This document shows positions 42,368 to 50,940 of a stretch of 64,000 nt of DNA, in pieces. Each line of letters begins with the position of its first letter. The stretch's first letter is position 1. The stretch spans positions 8,858 through 72,857 of the forward strand of contig CAYVVT010000014.1 of NCBI GenBank assembly GCA_964454335.1, written 5' to 3'. The position numbers and the translations under genes are program-made. Origin of the DNA: an uncultured Lentisphaeria bacterium. GTDB lineage: Bacteria; Fidelibacterota; UBA8477; JABMPR01. The notes beneath the pieces were generated by a model. The model searched no databases. It was not told the origin of the DNA and saw only the letters and a program-made list of their open reading frames with translations.

Positions 42368-43918
42368 TTAGTTTGAAACCAGTGGTTGTGAATCGTAGAT
42401 CAGAATATCGTACAGGTTCACATCGGCTGTGTCCGTCGGATTCTTCAATTTTAGCAGTACCGTATGATGTCCCTGGGGAAGTTGATATTCCCAGATCAGG
42501 TAGAAACGTCTTTCTTTAAAGCCCGTGGGGAGTTTTACCCTCTCGGAGAATTCACCATCGATAAAGACATCCACTTCAAACACGTAATTGTCCGTGCTGC
42601 CTACGTCAAGTTCCTCATCAGCCTTGTTCTTAGCCTCACCCATTACGACAAAGGCTATACCATCAAACTCGAACTCCAGAGTTTCACCCATGGCTTTGTC
42701 CAGAGGGATCTTTTCCTTGGGATAGTGTCCTTCGAAAGCGACTTCCAAGGGTACCGCTTCCGGTTGTTGCACTGCAATAGTCACTGAATTCTCATCAAAA
42801 GAACCACCATTTCGCTCGATCATCTCCAAGGCATGCCTAAAGGACATCTCGTAGGCATCATTCAGGCTGATGGTTGTGTATTTAAAGTCGATGGATTCTA
42901 CTTCAGCCAAACCCTGCTTCCAGTAGTCTGGAATACCATCATAACCTACGATGGTACCCAGCACACCACCGGCACTGGCGGGGTTGCAATCAGCGTCGTC
43001 CCCGCATCTGGTAGCGATCTCCAGGGTTTTACCGAAGTCACCGTCGCCATACAGGAGGCCCATGACAACCCAGGCAGCATTGATCTTCGCATCAATATTG
43101 AAAGGCGAGAAGACACCGTACGGTGAGCCTATTTCATCAGCCCATTTTGCATTCACCTTGGTCCAGTTGGCTGTCCAATCCGTAGGATCTTCTTTATGCC
43201 ACTTGATGACGTCAGATATGGTTTGAGCAAACGTACTCTTAGGCGGGATCGTCTTAAGGGCTTCTTCTACGATGAATTCGATGTCATCGTGAACAAAGGC
43301 CAGGGCATACAAAGCACCCACGTACACTCCACCGTACCAACCGTCACCATAATTCATGATGTGGCCGACACGATCGCTGATGGCGGATGCAGAATTCACC
43401 ATACCGGGATTCATGATACCGGCATAATCCGCTTCGATCTGGTAGTCGATATCATCCGCACAAGGATTATTCAACCAGTGCCCACTGGCTGGTGGTGCGA
43501 TACCATTGAGGATATTATTCCGGGCCTGCTGGTTTGCGAACCATAGATAATAATCGGCATTTGCAAAAGCATCGGCGAAAGATTGAGCAGGGGCATCCAT
43601 GCCCTCCTCATCCAGGACCTGGACAAAAGTCAGATCCATGTAGATATCATCATAGTAGCCCGGGGTATTGTCGTAGGTCTCTTTCAGGTAACCGTCATAC
43701 CAGGGGATCAGGGTGTCCGCAGGGATCATGGCACTGTTGAATTGGAACTCAACAGGACTTCCGTAGGTTACACCAATGGTCTGGGCTGCCCAGGCACCTT
43801 TGATCTTATCCTGCAAATCGACTTTGCTCAGCGTTACGGTCTCACCGTCGGGTTTTGCGGTGCAGGCAGCCAGAATTACAATAGTGAAGACTACTGGCAG
43901 AGAATTTGATACTTTCAT
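42368..43918 (-). CDS. ADP-ribosylglycohydrolase (ARH/DraG) family lipoprotein with C-terminal beta-sandwich-like domain (type A)
   Basis: The start is taken as ATG 43918 (MKVSNSLPVVFTIVILAACT, a lipobox). The ARH N-terminus is DKIKGAWAAQTIGVTYGSPVEF. The acidic metal motifs are YYDDIYMD and RCGDDADCNPASAGGVLG. Confidence 0.75.
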   Translation of the reverse strand: MKVSNSLPVVFTIVILAACTAKPDGETVTLSKVDLQDKIKGAWAAQTIGVTYGSPVEFQFNSAMIPADTLIPWYDGYLKETYDNTPGYYDDIYMDLTFVQVLDEEGMDAPAQSFADAFANADYYLWFANQQARNNILNGIAPPASGHWLNNPCADDIDYQIEADYAGIMNPGMVNSASAISDRVGHIMNYGDGWYGGVYVGALYALAFVHDDIEFIVEEALKTIPPKSTFAQTISDVIKWHKEDPTDWTANWTKVNAKWADEIGSPYGVFSPFNIDAKINAAWVVMGLLYGDGDFGKTLEIATRCGDDADCNPASAGGVLGTIVGYDGIPDYWKQGLAEVESIDFKYTTISLNDAYEMSFRHALEMIERNGGSFDENSVTIAVQQPEAVPLEVAFEGHYPKEKIPLDKAMGETLEFEFDGIAFVVMGEAKNKADEELDVGSTDNYVFEVDVFIDGEFSERVKLPTGFKERRFYLIWEYQLPQGHHTVLLKLKNPTDTADVNLYDILIYDSQPLVSN

Positions 43919-43967
43919 GCTGGGGAACCTTCTTATGTATGATTTATCATGTTTGTGGGTCTTGACA

Positions 43968-45992
43968 TCATCTTGGCAATGGTGCATGGACAGCTAACTC
44001 GGCAACAGAAGTGAAATGGGTGATCTTGCTGAACCAATGCTGCACTCCTGCAGCACCACCCCGAATGCGGATCGCCTTGGTAGTCACGGGCTCAAAGGTG
44101 ATCATGTGTCTTACAAAGTGCGGTTTATTGTAACGTTGTTCACCAGGAGTAAAGGGGGGTGTGATTTCTAATCCCTTGGCCTCTCGCCACATTCCATTCT
44201 TATCCTGGTATTCCACGAGCAGGGACGTGAACCAACCACCATTCTCTTCTACTGCTCCTGTGTGAAGATCCATCACACCAATATACTGGGGATTCTCCCA
44301 CCGGAAACCATAGTAGTCCTCTGTCTTAGTAGTGTCAGAGCCAATGCTGTAAAAACTGGAGCCCTCTCCCCGGACTTTCCCATCCCGGATCACCTCGACA
44401 TCATTCGCGTAAATGGAATGACCCACGGTAAGCCACATGGCATCCCGTCTCTCTTGATCCGTATGTGTAATTGTTGCCAGAACAGCACTTGCACTGGGGG
44501 CAAGGTTTGGTCCATTGACGACGATAGTGAATTGCCGATCTATATGTTTTTCCCCCTGACCTACCTGGATGTTAACGGGAAAGATCCCCGCTGATGTGGG
44601 CACCCCTTCAAGTCTGCCGTTCTTAAACTGCAAGCCCTTCGGCAGGTCACCGGAAAGAAGGTTCCAGGTAAATGGAGCCTGACCACCGGAAACCTGAATG
44701 GTGTAATCCACGTTTTTCCCGACCTCTGTTCGGGGCATAGGTGCACTCGGGAATTCCAGGGGTGCGATAAAAACAGCGTCGGGATTGATGAGATAGAATA
44801 CCTCTCCATTCTCAGTGAGCTTTCTACCACCGTGTAAAAGGATGATCTCCTCGGCATGCGCAGCCATGCGACCTGCCATATCCTTGATGCTGGCGTCGGG
44901 CATATCATACCGCGATACATTAATATATCGATCATTGAAAGGCTCATCCCATTCCAGATCCGGAAAGGGCCGCAGCAGATCATCGGGTAAATCATCAGTC
45001 CCCAGGATAACACCTAGAAGGCCGCTCATGGTAGCGGCCTGATTATCGGCATCAAAGCCCATGGCACAGGCAAGATCCAGGGTCTTTCGAAAGTCCCCTT
45101 TCCCGTATAGCAGCGCCAGGATCCCTGCAGCCCCGTTGAGATTTGCATTCCAGATGGTCTTTGTATCTGGGGATTCGTTATGGTAGAACTCATCTGACAT
45201 TTCAGATCGAGCCGCTTGCCAGTTGTCCGGATATTTATGATGCAGGAACTTCATTTTTTCTACTGTTCCACCGAAGCGACTGCCTGCTGGCAGCGCTGCA
45301 GTCCCGATATCGATGAGGGTGGGAATGTCAGACTCAAAAAATGCAGCTGCATACATGGCACCATAATGGATGGTGGGTTCAATACCCCAGTCATCATTCG
45401 TGATCCTGGCCGCCCAGGCAGATTTGCCGGCAGCATATTTCACCATCCCCGGAGAGGTCACCGCCCATACTTCGTTCACCAGTTGGGGATCGATCTGAAA
45501 CCAGTGAGGATTAATGTCCTTGAACCCCGTTACCGGAGGTGTGTAACCATAATGCATTGCTGAGACGGCAGCACGGTTTGCCAGCCAGACCCGGCTGCGT
45601 ACGTGGTGCAGCCAGCGCTGGGTCAGATCCCCATAGCTAGGCTCGGGACCTTTCTCGTCCATGGTAAGGAGATACATATACTCGATATCAGTATCATCAT
45701 CTGAAAAAGCTCCGTCGACCTCTTTCATATACCCTTTTGGACCACCCCGATAACCATAAGGAAAATCCTCAGGTCCTGGTTCATCTATATAGGCATTCTC
45801 ATGGGGTAGACCATAGATGTTACCGATGATCTGGGCCAACCAGGAGGAATAGATCTTATCTGAAAGTTCTGCCTGAGAAATTTTTAACAATTCAGGGCTT
45901 TGACATGCACTCAACCCAAGCAATACCACCATGGGAATACTCACCAGAACGAACAGTCTCACGAGTATTCCCATGTAGTTTTTTAGAGACAT
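43968..45992 (-). CDS. ADP-ribosylglycohydrolase family lipoprotein with Ig-like and discoidin/CBM-like C-terminal domains (type B)
   Basis: Lipobox: LLGLSACQ. ARH motifs are AFSDDDTDIEY and AMGFDADNQAATMSGLLG. A putative Ig domain is GGQAPFTWNLLSGDLPKGLQFKNGRLEGVPT. The C-terminal ~150 aa look like a sugar-binding beta-sandwich. Confidence 0.7.
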   Translation of the reverse strand: MSLKNYMGILVRLFVLVSIPMVVLLGLSACQSPELLKISQAELSDKIYSSWLAQIIGNIYGLPHENAYIDEPGPEDFPYGYRGGPKGYMKEVDGAFSDDDTDIEYMYLLTMDEKGPEPSYGDLTQRWLHHVRSRVWLANRAAVSAMHYGYTPPVTGFKDINPHWFQIDPQLVNEVWAVTSPGMVKYAAGKSAWAARITNDDWGIEPTIHYGAMYAAAFFESDIPTLIDIGTAALPAGSRFGGTVEKMKFLHHKYPDNWQAARSEMSDEFYHNESPDTKTIWNANLNGAAGILALLYGKGDFRKTLDLACAMGFDADNQAATMSGLLGVILGTDDLPDDLLRPFPDLEWDEPFNDRYINVSRYDMPDASIKDMAGRMAAHAEEIILLHGGRKLTENGEVFYLINPDAVFIAPLEFPSAPMPRTEVGKNVDYTIQVSGGQAPFTWNLLSGDLPKGLQFKNGRLEGVPTSAGIFPVNIQVGQGEKHIDRQFTIVVNGPNLAPSASAVLATITHTDQERRDAMWLTVGHSIYANDVEVIRDGKVRGEGSSFYSIGSDTTKTEDYYGFRWENPQYIGVMDLHTGAVEENGGWFTSLLVEYQDKNGMWREAKGLEITPPFTPGEQRYNKPHFVRHMITFEPVTTKAIRIRGGAAGVQHWFSKITHFTSVAELAVHAPLPR

Positions 45993-46151
45993 TAGATCCT
46001 AGCTTATGCTTCCTTTACGAATGGCATCATCCATCAATGGAGCCCCACGGGTTCGCCGCGGTCATCCTCTATGCGCGAAGGGCGACATCGCGCCGAAGCA
46101 GATGTCAAGACATTCCTCCCCGAGAAAACTCGGGGTTTCCTGTCCGCAAGC

Positions 46152-47084
46152 CTACGCAGTAGGCTCGCGGAGGCGGATGAATGCCTGAAGTTGTTCAAGC
46201 GTCGGCATCGAGGGCTGGGCACCCAGCTTTGTGGCCGACAGGGCACCTGTCATGTTGGCAAATTGGACAGCTTCCTGAATAACCATGCCGCTAGCTAAGG
46301 CATAGGCCAAGGCACCATTGAAGGCATCCCCTGCAGCGGTAGTATCCTGGGCTGTGATGGTCTTCGACGGTATCATCGTCGCAAGATCCTCTGATAACAG
46401 AAAAGCCCCCTGTGAACCCATGGTAACAATGACGGTTTCTACACCCCGCTCCTGAAGAACGCGTGCAGCCTGTTCCGCTGAAGCTGCATCTGTTACCGTG
46501 TGCCCGGTGAGGAGTTGAAGCTCCGTTTCATTAGGCGTGATAATAGAGATCGATCTTAACAGTTCATCACTCAGGTCCGCAGCGGGAGCAGGATTCAAAA
46601 TCACAGTTACATTGTTCTGGTCCGCGATTTCCGCCGCAGCCTGCACCGTCTCCAGGGGGATCTCCAGCTGCATGAGCAGGACCTTCGATGCGGCGATCTG
46701 ATCCCCAGCTTTTCCGACATCGGTGGGAGCTAGGTGGTTATTTGCACTCGAAGCAACAGCGATGCAATTTTCTCCGTTGTCATCAACGAAAATGAGTGCG
46801 ACGCCTGATGGATTGACCGGATCTACACTGACGTGTTCGACGTCAATTCCATCTTTGCGAAAATTCTCAATTGCTTCACTGCCAAAAATATCTGTACCCA
46901 CTCGAGCTACGAATGTGACCTCTCCCCCCAGCCGGGCAGCGGCCACGGCCTGATTAGCACCTTTACCGCCGGCGGCCTTTATGAAATCCCCACCCAACAA
47001 GGTTTCACCGGGCTTGGGGAGGCGTTGCATTTTGATTACCATGTCAGTGTTGGAGCTACCAATGACGACAATAGGTTCACTCAT
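46152..47084 (-). CDS. rbsK: Ribokinase (PfkB family)
   Basis: The motifs are GGKGANQAVAAARLG and DTTAAGDAFNGALAYAL (PfkB signature 2). Confidence 0.85.
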   Translation of the reverse strand: MSEPIVVIGSSNTDMVIKMQRLPKPGETLLGGDFIKAAGGKGANQAVAAARLGGEVTFVARVGTDIFGSEAIENFRKDGIDVEHVSVDPVNPSGVALIFVDDNGENCIAVASSANNHLAPTDVGKAGDQIAASKVLLMQLEIPLETVQAAAEIADQNNVTVILNPAPAADLSDELLRSISIITPNETELQLLTGHTVTDAASAEQAARVLQERGVETVIVTMGSQGAFLLSEDLATMIPSKTITAQDTTAAGDAFNGALAYALASGMVIQEAVQFANMTGALSATKLGAQPSMPTLEQLQAFIRLREPTA

Positions 47085-47117
47085 TTTACTTAGATCCTAG
47101 CTTCGGTTATGGATATG

Positions 47118-48119
47118 TCAGGCAATGCGTGCGTAGATGATCATTGCCAAGCCGATCAAATAGAACGCGAACATTGCGGCAAGCAATTTACCCGTGCCGG
47201 CGGGCGCCTCTTTGAACTCTTTCCATATAAACACACCCCAGAATGCTCCAACGAGCGTCGCCCCTTGACCCAGGCCATAAGAGATGGCAAATCCTGCAGC
47301 CCCGGCGGTGATGATGGAGAAAGCCATGCCCACGCCCCAGATGCCACCCCCCAGAATACCGATGGCATGCAGCTGTGGTGTACCCTGACTGAAGTAATCG
47401 CTATACTTAAGGGGTTCACCCGTCAACGGCTTTTTCATGAAGATGGTATTCCAGATGAAGTTGGAAAGCAGAACACCCACTGAAAAGACCACCAGGGCCG
47501 TGTAGGGGCTCAATTTCCCCGGTGCCAGATTGATGAAATCCGCGGACATGGATGCAGCGACAAATCGGTAAAAGAAACCCATGATGATACCGGCTGCGAT
47601 GGAAAGGACAATCCCCTGTTTGGTTGCCTTTTTTGCCCCGGGAAGTTTGCTATAAGCCCATGCATCCAAAAGAATTGCCAGCACTACGAATGCAACACCG
47701 ATGAAGAGGATCAGTGCATCACCTACCGGTGTCGCGACATAGTTCGTAACAACACCAATTACCAGAGCCAGACCTACTCCCACTGGAAAGGCCACAGCCA
47801 TTCCGGCGATATCAATGGCCGCAACCAGCAGGATGTTGGACAGGTTGAAGATGATCCCGCCCAGAAGCGCCAAACCAAGAGATTTGCCTGACGCCTGGCC
47901 GAGATCTGCAAAAAAGCTGCGTCCAGCGTCACCAATGCTACCCATGGTGAAGGCCAGCACCAGCGAAAGCAGCAACACGCCTATGGCATAATCCCAATAG
48001 TAGAGCTGAAATGCCCACTTCTTACTGGCCAGTTTTTGTGTATTGGCCCATGACCCCCAGCATAACATGGTGACAAAAAGCATCACGACGGCAAGGGTAT
48101 ACGATTCAACAACAAACAT
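47118..48119 (-). CDS. GRP-family (glucose/ribose uptake, DMT superfamily) sugar permease
   Basis: 333 aa, ~10 TM. The N-terminus is VVMLFVTMLCWGSWANTQKL. It is adjacent to ribokinase. Confidence 0.65.
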   Translation of the reverse strand: MFVVESYTLAVVMLFVTMLCWGSWANTQKLASKKWAFQLYYWDYAIGVLLLSLVLAFTMGSIGDAGRSFFADLGQASGKSLGLALLGGIIFNLSNILLVAAIDIAGMAVAFPVGVGLALVIGVVTNYVATPVGDALILFIGVAFVVLAILLDAWAYSKLPGAKKATKQGIVLSIAAGIIMGFFYRFVAASMSADFINLAPGKLSPYTALVVFSVGVLLSNFIWNTIFMKKPLTGEPLKYSDYFSQGTPQLHAIGILGGGIWGVGMAFSIITAGAAGFAISYGLGQGATLVGAFWGVFIWKEFKEAPAGTGKLLAAMFAFYLIGLAMIIYARIA

Positions 48120-48153
48120 AGAAATGTCCTCTCATATTTGGTTACATGATGTT

Positions 48154-49788
48154 CTAGTTCTGTTCAGCATCCTGGGTATACACAATGGCCCGGGAGACCA
48201 TTGTGGCACTACCTGTCGCCGCTTCATTCTTTTCATCACTGATGACCAGGCGTATGTGGTGCTCATCCTCTTCGAGCCCCATAACGTGGAATAGATGGGT
48301 GGAGTTCAACCAGCCTGAGCCAGCACCGTGGCCATCAACAAAGTAATAGTTGTCTATCTGCCGGGCAAACACATCATCAACATAAACATCAGCCTTGCCC
48401 CCATACTGGTCCCAATGACCCATGAGCAACGCTCCCGTCCCCGTGAATGTGAAGGTGAACTCCGAGCCCGGCTGTTCACTGTACATAAGCTCTTCAGAAC
48501 CGCCCCAGGGATCTTTGATCTCCTTCAGCTTCCAGTCTCCGTTCCAGGTCCACCCTTCTTCTTCAAAGATCGTACTGCGATAAGCGGCTTTGATACCGGG
48601 GAAGGATTGCTCCAGGGGGGGTGCGAGGGGTTGCTGGGTCTTGATGTAAAACATATCATTCTTCACACTACCACCATTCTTCAGTACGATCTCCTCGGCA
48701 TAATGGAGCGTCCTCTCGACAACTGAATTAAACGAATAATCCGTGTAAATGAATTTCTTGTCGGCAATTTCAGGAATGTGCTGTTTGAGCTCCGCAGGGA
48801 TCTTATCATAACCCAGGATGATCCCCAATACACCGGCGGCATTCGATGGATTGCAATCTGAATCCTGACCGCAGCGTGTACTATACTCCAGAGTCTTCAT
48901 GAAATCACCTTCGCCGTACAAGAGACCAATGACGATGTATGCCCCATTGACCTTTGCATCGATGTTGAAATCATCGAGAGCTCCGCAGATATCGTCTTCA
49001 CCCCAGCGGTCCTGAATGATCTGCCAAGTCGCCGTCCAGTCTTCCGGATTGGCCTTGTGTCCATCGATGACATCCTGAATGCACATGGCGTACTTGCTCT
49101 CTGCGGGGATCGACTGCAGAGCTTTCGCTATGATCGTGGGAATGTCATTTTCGAAATAGGATTCAGCATATAGGGCGGCAACAAACATACCGCCATAAAC
49201 GCCATCACCATAATTCATGACATGACCTACAACATCGCACATTTTGTTGGAATGTTGAGGCATCCCCGGATTCATGAAGCCGATATAATCCGCTTCGATC
49301 TGGAAGTCGATGTCATCAGCGTGCAGACTGTATTGGGGATTGCCGGCATCAGGCGGCATAATGCCATCCCAGAAATTTTTCCGGCCCTTTCGATTGGCAT
49401 GGAAAAGCATATAGCCGGCATTGGCAAATTCCTCAGCATATTGAGCGCCAGTCGCATCGAGCCCATACTTGTCCATGGCCATCATAAAACTCATCTGAAC
49501 ATATAGGTCATCCTGGCTGATGGCTTCTTTCAGAGAAGCGGGATCAAAGGGAATGTCATATTCGATTATTTCACCCTGACGGCTGAATTCCGTCCAACCA
49601 CCATAGCTGACGCCGATCATTTTACCTGCCCAGCCACCTGCGATCTTATCCCTGAGTACCGCGCGGGGGATCTGCTTTATATCTGACGCAGTCTCTTCAG
49701 TTGTGGAGCGAGGCTGGGAGCAGCTGTTCAACAAGAATAGCCCCAGGCATATCGTGGTAACGATGGTCAATAGGTTCTTATTCCTCAC
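48154..49788 (-). CDS. ADP-ribosylglycohydrolase family lipoprotein (type A paralog)
   Basis: Lipobox: LFLLNSCS. The N-terminus is DKIAGGWAGKMIGVSYGG. Motifs are SQDDLYVQM and RCGQDSDCNPSNAAGVLG. It is collinear with 42368-43918, at roughly 45-50% identity by eye. Confidence 0.75.
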   Translation of the reverse strand: MRNKNLLTIVTTICLGLFLLNSCSQPRSTTEETASDIKQIPRAVLRDKIAGGWAGKMIGVSYGGWTEFSRQGEIIEYDIPFDPASLKEAISQDDLYVQMSFMMAMDKYGLDATGAQYAEEFANAGYMLFHANRKGRKNFWDGIMPPDAGNPQYSLHADDIDFQIEADYIGFMNPGMPQHSNKMCDVVGHVMNYGDGVYGGMFVAALYAESYFENDIPTIIAKALQSIPAESKYAMCIQDVIDGHKANPEDWTATWQIIQDRWGEDDICGALDDFNIDAKVNGAYIVIGLLYGEGDFMKTLEYSTRCGQDSDCNPSNAAGVLGIILGYDKIPAELKQHIPEIADKKFIYTDYSFNSVVERTLHYAEEIVLKNGGSVKNDMFYIKTQQPLAPPLEQSFPGIKAAYRSTIFEEEGWTWNGDWKLKEIKDPWGGSEELMYSEQPGSEFTFTFTGTGALLMGHWDQYGGKADVYVDDVFARQIDNYYFVDGHGAGSGWLNSTHLFHVMGLEEDEHHIRLVISDEKNEAATGSATMVSRAIVYTQDAEQN

Positions 49789-49856
49789 TTGGGGGTACTC
49801 CTCACTTCAGGGTGCTTTCACTTCCTTCAAAGGACGGGCAGTTTGGTTGCGGGAGA

Positions 49857-50888
49857 CTAATTCATTCCAAGACCAATGGTGAACATGTGTACCAGACCCA
49901 GGCGTCCAAACGGAACCAGAGCATAATTTATGGCTGTTCCATATTTGCCTGTGGCCAGGTTTACCCCTCCACCAAAGCTTAGAGCTTCTTCAGCATAACC
50001 ATAGCGGTATCCAGCGCGGAGAACCGCTCGATCCCTGAAGCTGTACTCCAGACCCATGTTTAGTTTCTCTGGTCCATCGTTGGGATGTGATCCTTCGATG
50101 GAGATGCCAACAACATGAGGACTGCCTGCAGATTCCAGCAGGTTCATCGAGACTCCAATACGGAAGTCAATGGGCATGCGAATATCTACAGGTTCTGCCT
50201 GGATGGTTTCATCCCAGCCTGCCAGCTGTTGATCCCCACCAAGATTCCGGGCCACCATCGCCAGACGTAACGAACGATATCCCGTTTCATAGGTGGTACC
50301 AAAATCGATTGAGACATTACTCATACTTAGATCAGCCACAGTTTCTTCGATGTACCGGATATTACCACCAAGCGCGAGTCTATCGGTCACCTGCCGAGCA
50401 TATGATATACCAGCTGCGATATCGCCACCGGTATATGTTTCACCAGTAATAACCGCCTCTGTCACAGTTGTACCGGATATCCCCCGGTTGATCGTAACTG
50501 GAATATCGCCGATGTCCAACGATGCCACGCTCAATGCAAATACACCCCTGCGACCAAAACCTTTTGCCAGTGATAGGGTCTGATATCCAATATCGGCAAA
50601 CCAATTTACCTGCCCAAAAGAGACAGAGATGTTGGTTACATCGACCAAAGCCGATGGATTGCCAAAGACAGCTCCGGCATCCCCCTTGGAGTTCGCAATG
50701 AAAGAGCCACCTAGAGCAGCATGTTTCGCATTAGCTGTAATTTTGAGGAATTGCCACCCAGACAACCCGACACGTTCAAGATCATATGGTTCGAGACCAG
50801 GTTGTGCATTCACACCCGTAAGCATAACCAAGCCAACCAATAATGTATGACATGCAAGCTTGACGATTCTTTTAAACTGCATATCCAC
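49857..50888 (-). CDS. PorV/PorQ-like (FadL-like) outer-membrane beta-barrel protein
   Basis: It has a signal peptide. ANAKHAALGGSFIANSKGDAGAVFGNPSAL resembles the N-terminal motif of PorV/PorQ-family barrels. The amphipathic strands alternate, and the C-terminus is aromatic-rich (HMFTIGLGMN). Confidence 0.5.
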   Translation of the reverse strand: MDMQFKRIVKLACHTLLVGLVMLTGVNAQPGLEPYDLERVGLSGWQFLKITANAKHAALGGSFIANSKGDAGAVFGNPSALVDVTNISVSFGQVNWFADIGYQTLSLAKGFGRRGVFALSVASLDIGDIPVTINRGISGTTVTEAVITGETYTGGDIAAGISYARQVTDRLALGGNIRYIEETVADLSMSNVSIDFGTTYETGYRSLRLAMVARNLGGDQQLAGWDETIQAEPVDIRMPIDFRIGVSMNLLESAGSPHVVGISIEGSHPNDGPEKLNMGLEYSFRDRAVLRAGYRYGYAEEALSFGGGVNLATGKYGTAINYALVPFGRLGLVHMFTIGLGMN

Positions 50889-50940
50889 TTCCCTATAAAT
50901 GTTTAAGTGTTTTATTGAAATGGTCGTTCATAACAGTTTT

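Noticed and set aside
46118-46135. The hairpin CCCCGAG-aaaa-CTCGGGG followed by TTTCC, considered as an intrinsic terminator.
   Set aside because: The U-run is on the plus strand, where no gene ends. On the minus strand, where ribokinase ends, the stem is followed by AGGAATG. It is therefore not called a terminator and is kept only as part of a structured spacer.
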